64,000 bases of DNA. It comes from Octopus sinensis. Its lineage: Eukaryota. The stretch's first letter is position 1. Every line of letters starts with the position of its first letter. Location of the stretch: assembly GCF_006345805.1 (NCBI RefSeq), contig NC_043003.1, forward strand, positions 95,480,001 to 95,544,000, in the 5' to 3' direction. The notes under the pieces are model-generated. The model searched no databases. It was not told where the DNA came from and worked only from the letters and a program-made list of their open reading frames with translations. The translations under genes and the position numbers were made by a program. Below are positions 12,173 through 26,053 of the stretch, one piece after another.

Positions 12173-13480
12173 TTTATGTGTGTATATATATATATATACA
12201 CACATAATATATATATAATGTGCATTACCACATTAAAGCACTGATGCAGGGTCACATAATGGCATCCAGCACACTCTGTAAAGTGGTTGGCATCAGGAAA
12301 GGCATCCAGTAGTAGAAGCCATACCAAATCTGACTGGAGCCTAGTGCAGCTCCCCAGCTTGTCAGCTGTGGTCAAACTGTCCAACCCAAGTCAGCATGGA
12401 CAACAGACGTTAAATGATGATGATGCACACACACCCATACATTATAATGTAGGCGTGGTATATGTAAATATATTCTGGAGTAGAGTGGATAGATATATTT
12501 ATCATATGAAAAGTTAACCTACTCTGATTTTCGCCCTTGGCTGCCTATGACTGAGGTGAAATGCAGGGTATGCCATATTTAGAAGGTTACATAGACATTA
12601 GATGTATGGATGACAGAGTGTTAAATGTTATTGTGAATCTTAATTTGAAATATAATGACAATATTAGAATACAATGTTTGCATGTGTATGATTAAGGACA
12701 TACTTGCTATCTTATTGGATATATATAAACTTAACTGAAATTTTCTGAATTTGAAAAAAAAAAAAATAACATGTCTGAAAAAACATTTCAGTTAAGTGTT
12801 CATATATTTCAAAAAGTAAGAGAGTCTCTTAATAATACGCCGCAAAACTAAGATACACCCACACACCGGTGGGGGTGGAACTTCATATTCTCAAGATAGA
12901 TAACTGATAAATATGCCAACAGAGTTGTGTCCCTTGATATATAGCCCAATTAACTTCTTATGAATATGATTATATACTACATTAGTATGAACAAAATTTT
13001 GAATTCGACCTGTCTGTGCTCAATTGTCTAATTTAAACTTAATGTGTTAACTATTAGCAAATACCTCAAAATTAGCATTTAAAATACATCGCTAGTCTTC
13101 CAAGCATTATAACTTTTATATAATTATCATTTATGGTGTTGTAAATTTTATGCAAGTAAACTGAGCAAACAAATAATCTTTTAAAAATCAGTGGATAAAA
13201 AAATTAACATCAAATTGGGTAAATTTGGTATTTTTACAAATTCACTGCGCCAAGTTATGACTTCATTAATATTACTTTATTGGAAGTGGTATGTTGCAAT
13301 TTTGATATTGTTAGCAATCTTTCTTAGAATTTTCTAGCTAACTTACCTTATCTCAGATTTAGATTTAGGGTTTATCAATCTATATTTAGAGTTAGCAGTT
13401 ATTTTTATGATCCTTGATTAAGATAAATACTAGTGGTCCTATTCTGTAGTTAATTTTAAATTTTACTGGTTTTATTGTTT

Positions 13481-13688
13481 ACTCTTTTACTTGTTTCAGT
13501 CATTTGACTGCGGCCATGCTGGAGCACCGCCTTTAGTCGAGCAAATCGACCACGGGACTTATTCGTTGTAAGCCCAGTACTTATTCTATTGGTCTCTTTT
13601 GCTGAACCGCTAAGTTACGGGGACATAAACACACCAGCATTGGTTGTCAAGCAATGCTAGAGGGACAAACACAGACACACAAACATAA

Positions 13689-13724
<36 letters not shown>

Positions 13725-13894
13725 ATATATACGACAGGCTTCTTTCAGTTTCCGTCTACCAAATCCACTCACAAAGCTTTGGTCGGCCCGAGGCTATAGC
13801 AGAAGACACTTGCCCAAGATGCCACGCAGTGGGACTGAACCCAGAACCATGTGGCTGGTTCGCAAGCTACTTATCACACAGCCACTCCTGCGCC
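13481..13894 (-). mobile_element. CORE-like tRNA SINE, intact
   Basis: tRNA-like head ggcgcaggagtggctgtg...ggttcagtccc, CORE-like cttgggcaagtgtctt, central (TA)n(TG)n, and tail ccagcatggccgcagtcaaatgactgaaac. Confidence 0.85.
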
Positions 13895-14765
13895 TCTTTA
13901 TTTTTCTTCTCTATTAATATTCTGTTACAATGTATCTTGTGCTTCCTTATTAATGCTGTAACAGATCTGTGAGCTAGCATCCATAAAGTCACTTGTTATG
14001 CCATTACTGAACAATTGCATGTATAAGCTACTGTCTAACCCATAAAAATGTTTAGTCTTATTAAAAACGAAAATCAGTATTTTGGAGGATGCTTAGCAGT
14101 TTTAGCGCCAGTTTTAAGCTTGTTCTGGAGGATGTTGCATTTACAAAAGCAAAATCAGTTTTGATTCTCAGATTGGACAGTGCATTCTGTTCTTGAGCAA
14201 AACACTTCATTTCACTTCAAGGAATCAAGACAGTAATGTAAAATTTAATTCAAGAATGTAAAGTTTAAGGCTTTCTAGGTTTTTAAGGTCTTTAATCTTG
14301 GAGGTAGGAGCATCTGCATGTTCTTCTATTGTTCAGTGGCTGTATCTACTTCTATAAACACAGAGGGGTATGTTTTCAATCACATATGTCTAGTGAGGTT
14401 CTCTGAATTCTTTATAATAATCACTCATTCGATGACATTGCTATGTCTTTAGTGAAGTAGTTCAGGTTGTGAAGATCATGGGTAATATAAAAAAAGTAAA
14501 TAAAGTCCTCCCTGAACACAACAGTCTTGAGTCCTGGGATCACAACATCCCCACCACCACCACTGAATAGGAATCAAACCCAGACCACCTTTTAAATATG
14601 GAGAACATTTTACCACATAATTATAATACACACACACACACACTTATCACAAGCCATAATCAAGGCTTCTTTCTGCATAAAATGCAGAACATAAATACTC
14701 GATAATATTAAATCATCAACTGTTACTAATTTATGCCAATAAAAAAAAATCAATTAGACGAACTA

Positions 14766-14900
<135 letters not shown>

Positions 14901-15155
14901 TCAAGTGATTATTAATTGCAAAAAAAAAAAAACAAAACAAAAAAAAAGATTTAAAACAAATAGTACAAACTTTCATTTAATTCAATTCTAATCAAAACAA
15001 AGGGTGGGGATTTCAATTTGAAGTTAAATCTCATCCAACTCAGTCTTCTGTGACTTCAATTTTCGAATAAAGTGAAAAAAAATGTCTTACTAAACAATAA
15101 TAAAAGGGAGTGAGCAAGTTATAAAAAACATGCAGCAAAATTTAATTTAGTTTTT

Positions 15156-15385
15156 TCATACATCATCCTTTGATGCACCTAGACACACCATCTGTGGTGT
15201 TTCTTCGGGTCATTAAGTGTTTTGGGTGTTTCAGTCTCAGACAACCTCACCCGGGTAAATCCAACCGGCGTCGATCAAGACCCAGTTTGAGGCTTGCATC
15301 TTCTGATCAACAGCACCAATCTCTGTTGTCTCCACAGCCAACTTGATGACCTTTCACCAACTGGCCCTTGTGATACCCAAAACAT
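15156..15385 (-). mobile_element. Decayed 3' end of a HERO/R2-type (RLE) non-LTR element with 15-bp TSD
   Basis: TTTAATTTAGTTTTT at 15141-15155 and 15386-15400. The reverse strand gives LGIT..S..KVIKLAVET.E followed by a HERO-like 3'UTR. Confidence 0.6.
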
Positions 15386-15769
15386 TTTAATTTAGTTTTT
15401 GATAAATCAACTCAATATCACATTCCACTTTTTATATCTTCCTCTTTCTGTTGTTTTCGAGAGATTAAGTAGCAAATCCAATTTTAACAAATTCCTTTAC
15501 AAAAGTATTCAAACTTCTAATATCAGATGATTGTAAGTCATTTTATTTTTCATACACCAAACAATTGCATGAATTTTAAAGATTGAAATGAAACATATTT
15601 GAAGAAGACTCAACAATAACAATGACGATGATGATGATGATGACGACACATATGCTGAATCATTTGCATATGACTTCTAACTTCATCTATTTTTCTCCAA
15701 ATTTAGGAAATTATCTGAAGTTTCAGTATTAAACATTAACACAAATACAACAAATTTTAAAACAATTTA

Positions 15770-15934
<165 letters not shown>

Positions 15935-16822
15935 TTAAAATTTACAATTTTCTACTTTTACATCAAACTTCAAGACTCTTCTAGGATTAAACATCCCTTG
16001 AAGAATGCTCTATATTATCCATACAGCTAAGATTGTATCAAAAATGTTAGATGTCCTCTTCCGAGTCATATGTTTCATTTGTCAGTAGCTGACATCATTT
16101 CACAAAACCTGGATCCACCTTGCATTTCACAAGCACTGACTCACTATAAAGCTAAAGGTTTCAATGTAAAATTATATAAGCCAATACAAGCAGATATTTG
16201 AAACAAAAAAAGCAACAAGCTTACTGATTGAACTTAAATTATGCACCACTTTCTACAAATGAACTTGCTAGTATTCTCTACTAAAAGATCAAAGCATACA
16301 ATCTGGAGTAATGGATGAAGTTTCTCTCTGCCTCATCTACCACACCAGGTATTGCTCATCTGAATTGTCACATTCAACTAAATCCATTAAATTCCATGTC
16401 CCTTTCCTTTACCAAACTGTATTTGGTTTTACTATACTTTAGTTTATATTTAATACTTTCCCTAATCTTCATCAGAAATAGATGCCAAGAAAACGTCTTC
16501 CTTACACAAAGCAATTTAAACTCTACAAAATATAAGCCGAATCATACATTTTCAGAATAACAACCAAATTGCATAGGATTCTAATACTTAATTCACTAAC
16601 ATAACACTACTTCTACTATCATCCCTACTTTTGTCTCATTTCCTGAACACTGCCCTACACATTTCTCCACTAATCTTTCTTTCCCAGACTGTGAAACATA
16701 CTGAAGGATTACAGTCATAAGTGCTGTAACAAATGAAGTTAAACCATTTGTCTATGTCAACTAAACAGTCTGCATGCATGCATGTGTATCTCTCTCTCTC
16801 TCTCTTCTTTATATATATATAT

Positions 16823-16854
<32 letters not shown>

Positions 16855-17669
16855 ATATACACATACGTACATACATATGTGCAGGTGTGGCTGTGTGGTA
16901 AGATGCTTGCTTTCAGGTTCAGCCCCATTGTGGGACACCTTGCGCAAGTGTATTCTACTATAGCCTTGGGCCATCCAAAGCCTTGTGAGTAAATTTGGTA
17001 GACAGATACTGAATGAAGCCTGTCGTACATATATAAGTATGTCTATGTGTGTTTGTTCCCCCCATCACTGCTTGACAACCAGCATTAGTGTGTCTGTGTA
17101 CCCATAACTTAGCGGTTTGGCAAAAGAGACCAATAAAATAAGCACCAGGTTTAAAAAATAAGTACTGATGTCGATTCATTCGACTACAAATGAATTGACC
17201 CAGCATGGCCACAGTCTCATCATCGTCATCATTTAACGTCTGCTTTCCATACTAGCATGGGTTGGACGATTTTGACTGAGGGCTGACGAACCAGATGGCT
17301 GCACCAGGCTCCAATCTTGATTTGGCAGAGTTTCTACAGCTGGATGCCCTTCCTAACGCCAACCACTCCAAGAGTGTAGTGGGTGCTTTTTACATGCCAC
17401 CGGCACAGGGACCAGTCAGGCGGTACTGGCAATGACCTCGCACGAATCTTTTTACACATGCCACCAGCACAGGTGGCAGTAAGGCGACGTTGGTAACGAT
17501 CACGCTCAAATGGTGCCCTTTTATGTGCCACCGGCACGGAAGCCAGTTGGCTGCTCTGGCGAAAAAAGTAAAAGATAAAAGATATATATATATATATAAG
17601 GACACAGGTATTGTGTCATATAGCCAGCTGGAAATGTTTCCTGAGGGTAAACAGCAATGTGTGTGTATG

Positions 17670-17705
<36 letters not shown>

Positions 17706-18133
17706 TACATCATCACCATCACTATTTTAACACCCACTTTTGCATGCCTGCATGGGTCTCATAGAATTTATTGAGGCAGAATTTCTACAGTCAGATGCCC
17801 TTCTTGTTGCCAACCCTCACTTGTTTTCAAACAAGGTAATATTTTCCTATGAATGGACATTTTCACAGAAGATTGGAAACTAAAGACACCACTTGTATAA
17901 CGGTGACACTCATTTACAACTATGGCACAATGTCAAGCAAAGAGGTGCACACACACACACACACACTCTCTCACACATATGTACACATATACAATGGACT
18001 TCTTTCAGTTTTTGTCTATCAAATCCACTGATAAGGCTTTGGTTGAACCCAAGGCTATTGTTGAAGGCATTTGCCCAAGACACTATGCAGTGGGACTGAG
18101 ACAGAATGAAACTAGAGTTTGTTTGAAATGTCA

Positions 18134-18388
<255 letters not shown>

Positions 18389-18961
18389 TCAAATGTCATT
18401 TTAATAATATATCTTGATAAATGGTTTAGATGTCACTGTTTAGTCTTACGTTAGTCCTGATTTAATAGAAACTTCCCTATTATGATAGAGGATCGACCTT
18501 TGATGTTGTTTAGCCCAAGGCTAGGTCTGATTGAGTAGATCTCTGACAAAGGTGGTTTGACTGTGAATATCTCATCAGGTACAGTGTAAGTAGGACCACA
18601 TTATCTAATGTGTCCCTCTTTTTTTTAAATCTTAAAACAATAAGCATGAAGAGAGTTTAGTATAGCTACTGTTTCTAGCAGTTTTAGCAACTACATTGAA
18701 GCTCCCTTACTGGCTCGTGTGTCTGATGCTTTAATAAAGTACAAATAAGGACCTACGTATGAAGGTGGTATTCCACCAAGGGCTGGGACACAATGAGTAA
18801 GAGAAACTAAAAGACATACAGGAGGCTAAACGAAAAAGAGATCAGTATACTAAAAGCTAAAGATAATGGTTTTTGTCATCTTCAAAAATGTTTCCCTAAT
18901 GTTGTCTTGCAAACAACTTGCACATGCAAGTGCTACCAGTTAAAAGCTCCATATACCGGAA

Positions 18962-19285
18962 GCTAGCAAGTGTATGGGGTCATCAGGAGAGAATGCGCGC
19001 CGTTTCGGGGCCTACCACTCGACGGCATCAATGCGCACTGGCCCCCCCTCACTGATGTGAGGCCCCGCTTGCTAGATCAGCTGGTTATGAAGAACTCAAT
19101 ATACTTCTAGCCATCACTCATCATCTCTTTTTAGCCAAATCCAGTGGCTAGCCTTCTCCACTGTAGATTGGATATCAGTCATAGTGATATTGACTTTACG
19201 ATGAGTTAGGCCTAACAATAACAACAGTCGTCTCATGCTGTGTCCAACAAACCCTCTACATCCGACTTCGATAGGAAAATGTAAA
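18962..19285 (-). mobile_element. 3' fragment of a HERO/R2-superfamily (restriction-like endonuclease) non-LTR element with a structured 3'UTR
   Basis: The reverse strand translates as FPIEVGCRGFVGHSMRRLLLLLGL...VEKASHWIWLKRDDE, typical of RLE C-termini of this group. Confidence 0.8.
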
Positions 19286-19906
19286 GAAGCTCAGTAACAT
19301 ATGCTGGGTATGACAGTAACCCTTAGGAGATGACAGGGCCAATCTATTGGCTGAAAAGTCGAATGACAAAGAAGACTGTATTAGTTCACTCAATTTCCTA
19401 CAAGAATGTATACATAGTTTTATATATATATAAATACAGTGTACATTTAAACACATAAGAGGTATCCTTCTTAGGATTCCTTTCATGCTAGAAGGAACAG
19501 CTAATAGTTTTATTTATGTAAAGTAATTACTTTATTTTTTATAATTAAAAAAAAAAATAAGCGCATTCCCTCTGTAGGGCTTGTGAAAAGGGCTCTGTCT
19601 TTTTGGCACTGAAGCTCCAAATGAGACTCCATCTCCTTGGCACTGAAATTCCAAATGAGGTTCCATCTCCAAAGGTTTAAACAACATCCAGTAGTGAGAC
19701 TCCAGTTTGGGAGCTTTAGAGCAGTGGGAAATGTGGAATCACCCCTTAATCCCGATTAATTCCAGATCCATTATGACCTGGAACAATGTGATGTTCATTC
19801 TGTGACAGGTGTTTGATTCCGTCCATCATTTCCCATTATCTCTACTTGCAACAGAATGTGCCCCAGCATGAAATAGTTGCTTTCATAGTATGAATCTATG
19901 TTGAGT

Positions 19907-20130
19907 GGAGGCACACGGCTTAGTGGTTAGGGCGTTGGACTCACAACTATAAAACTGTGATTTCAATCCCTGGACCGTTGTGTTCTTGAGCAAAACACTT
20001 CATTTCACATTGCTCCAGTCCACTCAGCTGTAAAAATGAGTTTAGCCTGGAGAGGGATGGGCTCTGCTAGGCTTTCTTGTCCTAGATATGCTGCATGGCT
20101 ACAGTGACCTAACAACCCCCAAGGGGTTAA
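19907..20130 (+). mobile_element. Third tRNA-derived SINE family (V/Ceph-like central domain)
   Basis: Head ggaggcacacggcttagtggttagggcg and body ttcttgagcaaaacacttcatttcac. Related copies lie at ~23570-23899 (-) and ~34864-34960 (+). Confidence 0.65.
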
Positions 20131-21422
20131 ATGACTTGTCAGTGTTATTGGACTTACTTCATGTTAGTTTCATTAGCCATACTCTTGTGTGCTGGCTTAG
20201 AGCATGTTGAAAGAGGGTATTAATTTTAGAGTTCTTCTCCAACATTGACTACTTTCACTGCAGCTAAGGAGCTCAATCTACCCTTACGAAAATCTATTTA
20301 AACCACAGATAGGACCCATAGATGGAAAAGTATGGCTGAGGAGCCTAACATGAGGTATACCCAATAACATAGACTCATGCAACCATCTCTTGTTGGTGTA
20401 CATTCTGTTGCAGGTGGAGATAGCAAGAAATAATTAACGGAGGGGATTGAGCCCCTGACTGCTCCTAGTCAAACACCTGTCACAGAACAAACATCACATT
20501 GATATTGATCTAGTTTTCCCAAGTAGATGCATTTAAAGAATAGCATTTCATATTCACAGTTAGACAATAATAATTCTAATAAAAGTTATCCACAGACTAT
20601 GCATACCTATGGTACACAGGTAGTCAATTAATCAGATGTGATCCACAGATCATTATGACAAATATGGTTAATCCCAATCAAAGGTAATCTAGTTGTGACC
20701 ATCATGTCTTTTTATGGTTAGATGAGACAATATCTAATGTGTTGTTTCCTTTTTCAAGATGGCAAAATGTTTGTGTGTGTTTATTTTTTTTGGGGGGAGG
20801 GGGATTTTGACTGCAATTTTTAGCAGTTATAATTTCTGGTGGTGTTCGGGGAGGTGAGCATACTCCTCCTCCTCCTCCTCACTATAGTAATGAGACTGAG
20901 AACAGAAGCAAACAATAATACTGACAATGATATATGATTATGGAAAACAACAGCTTTATGACAAAATGATAGTGACACAGCATGAATGAGATATATGATG
21001 ATGGACGAACAATGACAAGGGACTGGTGGTGGGGGAGGAGGTGACAATGACAAGATGAATGTTAACACTCAATAAAAAAAGCAATAAAATTTTTTGCACT
21101 TCTCCCTTATTCCATTGATTATTTGAATACGACCTTCTTTTGACTATTCATGGGGTGCGGGTCAGCCCTTATGTAACTGGGTAAACCTTAGCAGATTACT
21201 GGTACATATTTTAACTTCACTCCCAAAACCCACTACAAAGACATGTGAAGAGACTCCTAAACTAAGATTCTCTTAATTGTGACGGTTTAACTATTTCTCT
21301 CTCTCAGTTCTTTTTTCTTTTTTTATTTGTTAAGCCTGGAAGAAGGGAAAGGGCTAGAGACCACAACCCTTACAGAACTGCCAAGATTGAGGAGACTGAT
21401 ATCATTAATGCTTCATTTAAAT

Positions 21423-21720
21423 TGTCATAGGTCGATCCCCCCTGTGGGATGACGTCAGCAGCTGGGGAGCTGACCGGAACTTGGGGTTGACTGGAAGGGG
21501 CAGCCGTGACGCGCGCGCAGCGAGCGGGGGATTCTGCCTTTTCGAGTCAGGTCGCCGAGGGGCTAAGACAGGTCATCACGTTGTTAAGGTTGGGTGAAGC
21601 AGCTGCTCTCTCTAGCGTTCGGGTTGGGCTGTGTTGAAGGATCGTTACCGTTGAAGGGTCTCCATCTGAGCGAAGAGAAGGTAGGTGCCTTTATTTCGAT
21701 TCTCTCGCTTACACCACACA
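21423..21720 (-). mobile_element. Possible LTR (TGT...ACA) with an adjacent purine-rich tract
   Basis: A GC/CpG-rich block of ~300 bp bounded by TGT...ACA. GGATGGGTGGGG precedes it on the - strand. No TSD was found. Confidence 0.3.
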
Positions 21721-22399
21721 CCCCACCCATCCACTCAAGAAGGAGAGTCATGAATCAGGAGGAGATTCCAGAAGATTTAATGTTCTGGGGATAAAGGATT
21801 GGATGTAATGCCTAGTGTGAGGAAGGGTGGCTGGATGCACCAAGGATGCTGAGAGGTGGAGAGATGAGTGAGCTGGGAATACAAGAGTGCTGGGGGTATA
21901 TGACCAACCAGCACCAAAGAGCAGAGGTCATTATAGTAGCAACAGAAAACACGGAGAGAAGACAGCAGACCTGTGGGCCAGAGACTGGAATGGGTCCATT
22001 CAGCCAAGTGGTTCTTCTCTCAGTACAATCCAGGATATCAGTGCGCTGAGGTTATTAACAGTTTTAACAGAGACGTAATACACATTCTTGACCTTTTCTT
22101 TGTTCTGTGTATCACATGTGACACAAAGGATATATTACCCTGGTATTCATGCATCACATATGAAATACACACCCTTTTTTATTATTTTTTCTCCAACCAC
22201 CAAAGTAACTTGTGACTTATGAAAGGAGAGCTTTAGATTACTCAGAATGTGTGAAACAAGGACTACCAGAAAGTCGGTAAATAAACATAGCAGGGTCTAT
22301 TTCTTTAGCATTTAAATCTATCATACCCAACCCAAATATTCTACCTGCCTCTTACAATTACCCCACAGTGTTTTTCTAAAACTAAACAATTATATTTCT

Positions 22400-22801
22400 C
22401 TCTTTCTCTTGTTTCAGTCATTTGACTGTGGCCATGCTGGAGCACCGCCTTTAGTCGAGCAACTCGACCCCGGGACTTATTCTTTGTAAGCCCAGTACTT
22501 ATTCTATTGGTCTCTTTTGCTGAACCGCTAAGTGACAGGGACATAAACACACCAGCATCGGTTGTCAAGCAATGCTAGGGGGACAAACACAGACACACAA
22601 ACATATACACACACATACATGTATATATATACATATATACGACAGGCTTCTTTCAGTTTCCGTCTACCAAATCCACTCACAAGCTTTGGTCGGCCTGGGG
22701 CTATAGCAAAAGACACTTGCCCAAGATGCCACGCAGTGGGACTGAATCCGGAACCATGTGGTTGGTAAGCAAGCTTCTTACCACACAACCACTCCTGCGC
22801 C
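22400..22801 (-). mobile_element. CORE-like tRNA SINE
   Basis: Near-identical to 13481-13894. Confidence 0.85.
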
Positions 22802-23019
22802 TATCACTGAAATCTTGAAATTACAAGACAATGCCTGATTAATTTAAAACAATGTGAATAATTAAGCTTACATTTGATAGAGTAAATTAAATACTAAAAG
22901 GTTAAGATGAACTCATGAAACTGCTTTGGACAGGCAAAGGGTTAACGAATGTATCAAAAGGAAAAAAAAAATAAAATCTGAATAGATGTGAAACTTGTGT
23001 AGAAATGTTTAATTATTAC

Positions 23020-23120
23020 CTGATTCTGGATGGTGGCCGTAAATCATACATGTGGACATAGCAAAGAATTTCATTCACTAATCTTGTTGTCATCAACTCA
23101 AAATCAGCGAATGTGTCTGT
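23020..23120 (-). CDS. FAM135: FAM135 exon (TDTFADFELMTTRLVNEILCYVHMYDLRPPSRI)
   Basis: AG/GT boundaries, 101 nt, phase 0-2. Matches DTFADF..MT.RL..EI. Confidence 0.95.
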
Positions 23121-23349
23121 CTGTAAAAGTCGTAGACAATAGCATTATATGGAAGCCAACACTAGAATAATAATGAACTTTACAAATAACATTAATTTAT
23201 TTATGTTTCTAAAAGTCTGTTTGAGATGGATTAAGACAAATTAATACTTAAGAAACTCCTGAAGCTATTTTAAAAAACAACTGTAATATAAAGTCTAACA
23301 AGTAGTAACTTTATTTTTTGCTTTTTCATTACATTTATTAAGTCCCTGG

Positions 23350-23502
23350 TACATTATTTACATCATATGGATATTTGTGCTCATCTTGTTTGTTGTTAAC
23401 ACGTTTCGGCTGATATACCTTCCAGCCTTCATCAACGTTTCAACCAATATACCCTCCAGCCTTAACCACTACGCCATATGCCCGTGGGCATATGGTGTAG
23501 TG
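23350..23502 (-). mobile_element. Penelope-like terminal fragment with tandem partial hammerhead motifs and a short palindrome
   Basis: The minus strand reads TGATGA-A-GGCTG...CAGCC-GAAACGTGTTAAC, preceded by a second partial copy. Palindrome at 23467-23502. Confidence 0.55.
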
Positions 23503-24125
23503 TTTAGGCTAAAGGATACGTCATGTGTTTAGGCTAAAGGATATGTCATGTGTTTAGGCTAAAGGATAAAGACCCCCTAAAGTCATGAATGACCATGAGA
23601 CTGCATCTAGAAAGTTACCCTCTGAAGCACAAGTCCGGGCAAGGTTGCTTACAGAAGACCAGCAGTCACCCATACATACCATCCTCCTCTCTCCATACCA
23701 CTGATGTTATCCAAGGGAAAGGCAAAGGCTGATACAGCTTGGCACCTGTGACGTTACAACTCATTTCTACAGCTGAATGAACTGCAGCAACGTGAAATAA
23801 AGTGTCTTGCTCAAGAACACAACACACAGCCCAGTCTGGGTATCGAAATCACTACCTCATGATTGTGAGTTCGACGCTCTAGCCGCTGAGCCATGCGCCA
23901 ACTACATTATATGTATGTCTTTCATTGTCTAAGTTGCTATTAGTAATGGTGTTTAGCCCTGATAGACACATTTTAAGAGTAGCAAACCAAATGTGATAAA
24001 CCAGATTATATAATTTTTTCTTTTCAAGATTTTGTGATCCGAAAAAAAAAAAACTCTTCATCTTGATAGAGTGTCTCATTAAATAAATGCTGTTTTTTAA
24101 ATGATAACGCTTTTGTCAGTTATAC

Positions 24126-24322
24126 CAGTGGTTCCCAAACTTTTTAGAGTTGTGACCCACTATTTATCACACCAGTTTATGATGACCCACTTAACTCTAC
24201 TGAGTATCTTGATAGACAGCAGTTAATCAAAGCTAATGCGTAATTTTATAACTTTTTGCGACCCACTAAGATTCTGTTCGCAACCCATCTGTGGGTCGCG
24301 ACTCATAGTTTGGGAACCACTG
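24126..24322. mobile_element. hAT-type MITE
   Basis: TIR CAGTGGTTCCCAAACT...AGTTTGGGAACCACTG with 8-bp TSD AGTTATAC (24118-24125 and 24323-24330). Confidence 0.92.
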
Positions 24323-24745
24323 AGTTATACAAATCATCATCATCATTTTAATGTTCACTTTTCCATGCTTGCATGAGTCAGACAGAGTTTACTAGGTGGA
24401 TTTTCTATGACAAGATACTCTTCCTGTTACCAACCTATACCTGTTTCCAAGCAAGGTAATATTTACCCATGGCCAGACATGTTCACACAGAATATTGGAA
24501 ATGAATAATGTCATGCATTGCATGAGAGTGACAATCATTTTACAACTATCACACAATGTCAAATCAAACACAAACACACATACATCCATGGCAGGCTCCT
24601 TTCAGTTTCTGTCAACTAATTCCACTCACAAAGCTTTGCTCAACACAGGGCTGTAGTAGAAGACACTTCCCAGGTGCCATACAGTGGGACTGAACCCAGA
24701 AGCATGTGGATGGTAAACAAAATTATTACCACACAGCCATACTTA

Positions 24746-24895
<150 letters not shown>

Positions 24896-25940
24896 TCAGA
24901 AAAATTATACTCTGTCATAATGTCATTGCAATTTTGATAGTTTTGTATTATTTCCTGGAAAAAGAATGGCAATTTTAAATTTTAATGCTACTATTGCTAT
25001 GTAAATGATAAGGATTTCTTATGACCAAGTACAAAGGAACAGAATCAATTAAATCAATATTAATACCTTATGGAAGCTTATTTTAATAAACCTAAATGGT
25101 TAAATCCTAATACAGCAGAGTACATTACATAAATCAACAATTTGACAGAATCCATTTTATTGTGAACAAATCAACTTTAAAACGTAGTTTGATATGTTCT
25201 TCCAGAACATGCTAATAATATTCTAGAAAATATCCCATATGCTCTATTGACTGGATTTAGAATCACATTTTTCTCAGTTGATACGAGCCAGGTGGCGAGC
25301 TGGCAGAAACGTTAGCATGCCAAGCGAAATGCTTAGTGGTATTTCATCTGTCTTTACATTCTGAGTTCAAATTCTGCCACGGTCAACTTTGCCTTTCATC
25401 CTTTCAGGGTCGGTAAATTAAGTACCAGCTGCATACTGGGATCGATCTAATCGACTGGCCCCATCCCCAAAATTTCTGGCCTTGTGCCTAGAGTAGAAAA
25501 TAATATGATGCAGGACCACAAAATGAAGGATCAGGTTGAGATCATGTTACTGATGTTTTATGACCAAGACAACGAGAGAAGACTACAACTAACAACTGCT
25601 TTTGAATCCCATTGTATGATGTTCAAATCCTTCCTGGATAAAAATATACAGTATATACCTAGGGTAGATTATTCTTTTTTTTGTGTCACTGCAACAATTC
25701 AATGAATTATAGAATTTACTGATAGTCTAAAAAACATGTTTAATATAATATTTAGCTAGCATTCCATCCAATTATCATTTTATCTATGACTTATCTTAGT
25801 CTGGATTGATAAATCAACAATAAAGCAATAAGAGAGTTAAAAAAACTAGAGAAATTTAGAAGGGAAAAAATCTTTAAATCACATTACAGTTGATTATCAA
25901 AGACTACTTAACAAAGATTATGAAAGATGTATTAACTTAC

Positions 25941-26053
25941 CATCCAAACCATGGACACAGATGATTAAATGTAGATGATCAGAATTACTGTTAGGATCAT
26001 AATACTGTGGAGTCAAAAAATATGGAATGTCCGAAGCTATTGATGAAAATTCA
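25941..26053 (-). CDS. FAM135: FAM135 exon (SEFSSIASDIPYF...HLIICVHGLD)
   Basis: AG/GT boundaries, 113 nt, phase 2-1. HLI.CVHGLDG marks the start of the hydrolase domain. Confidence 0.95.

Noticed and set aside
12690-12835. Imperfect AT-rich inverted repeat
   Set aside because: It is too degenerate, and I could not define TIRs or a TSD.
13800-13894. tRNA gene
   Set aside because: These are A/B-box-like heads of multi-copy SINEs, with no full cloverleaf.
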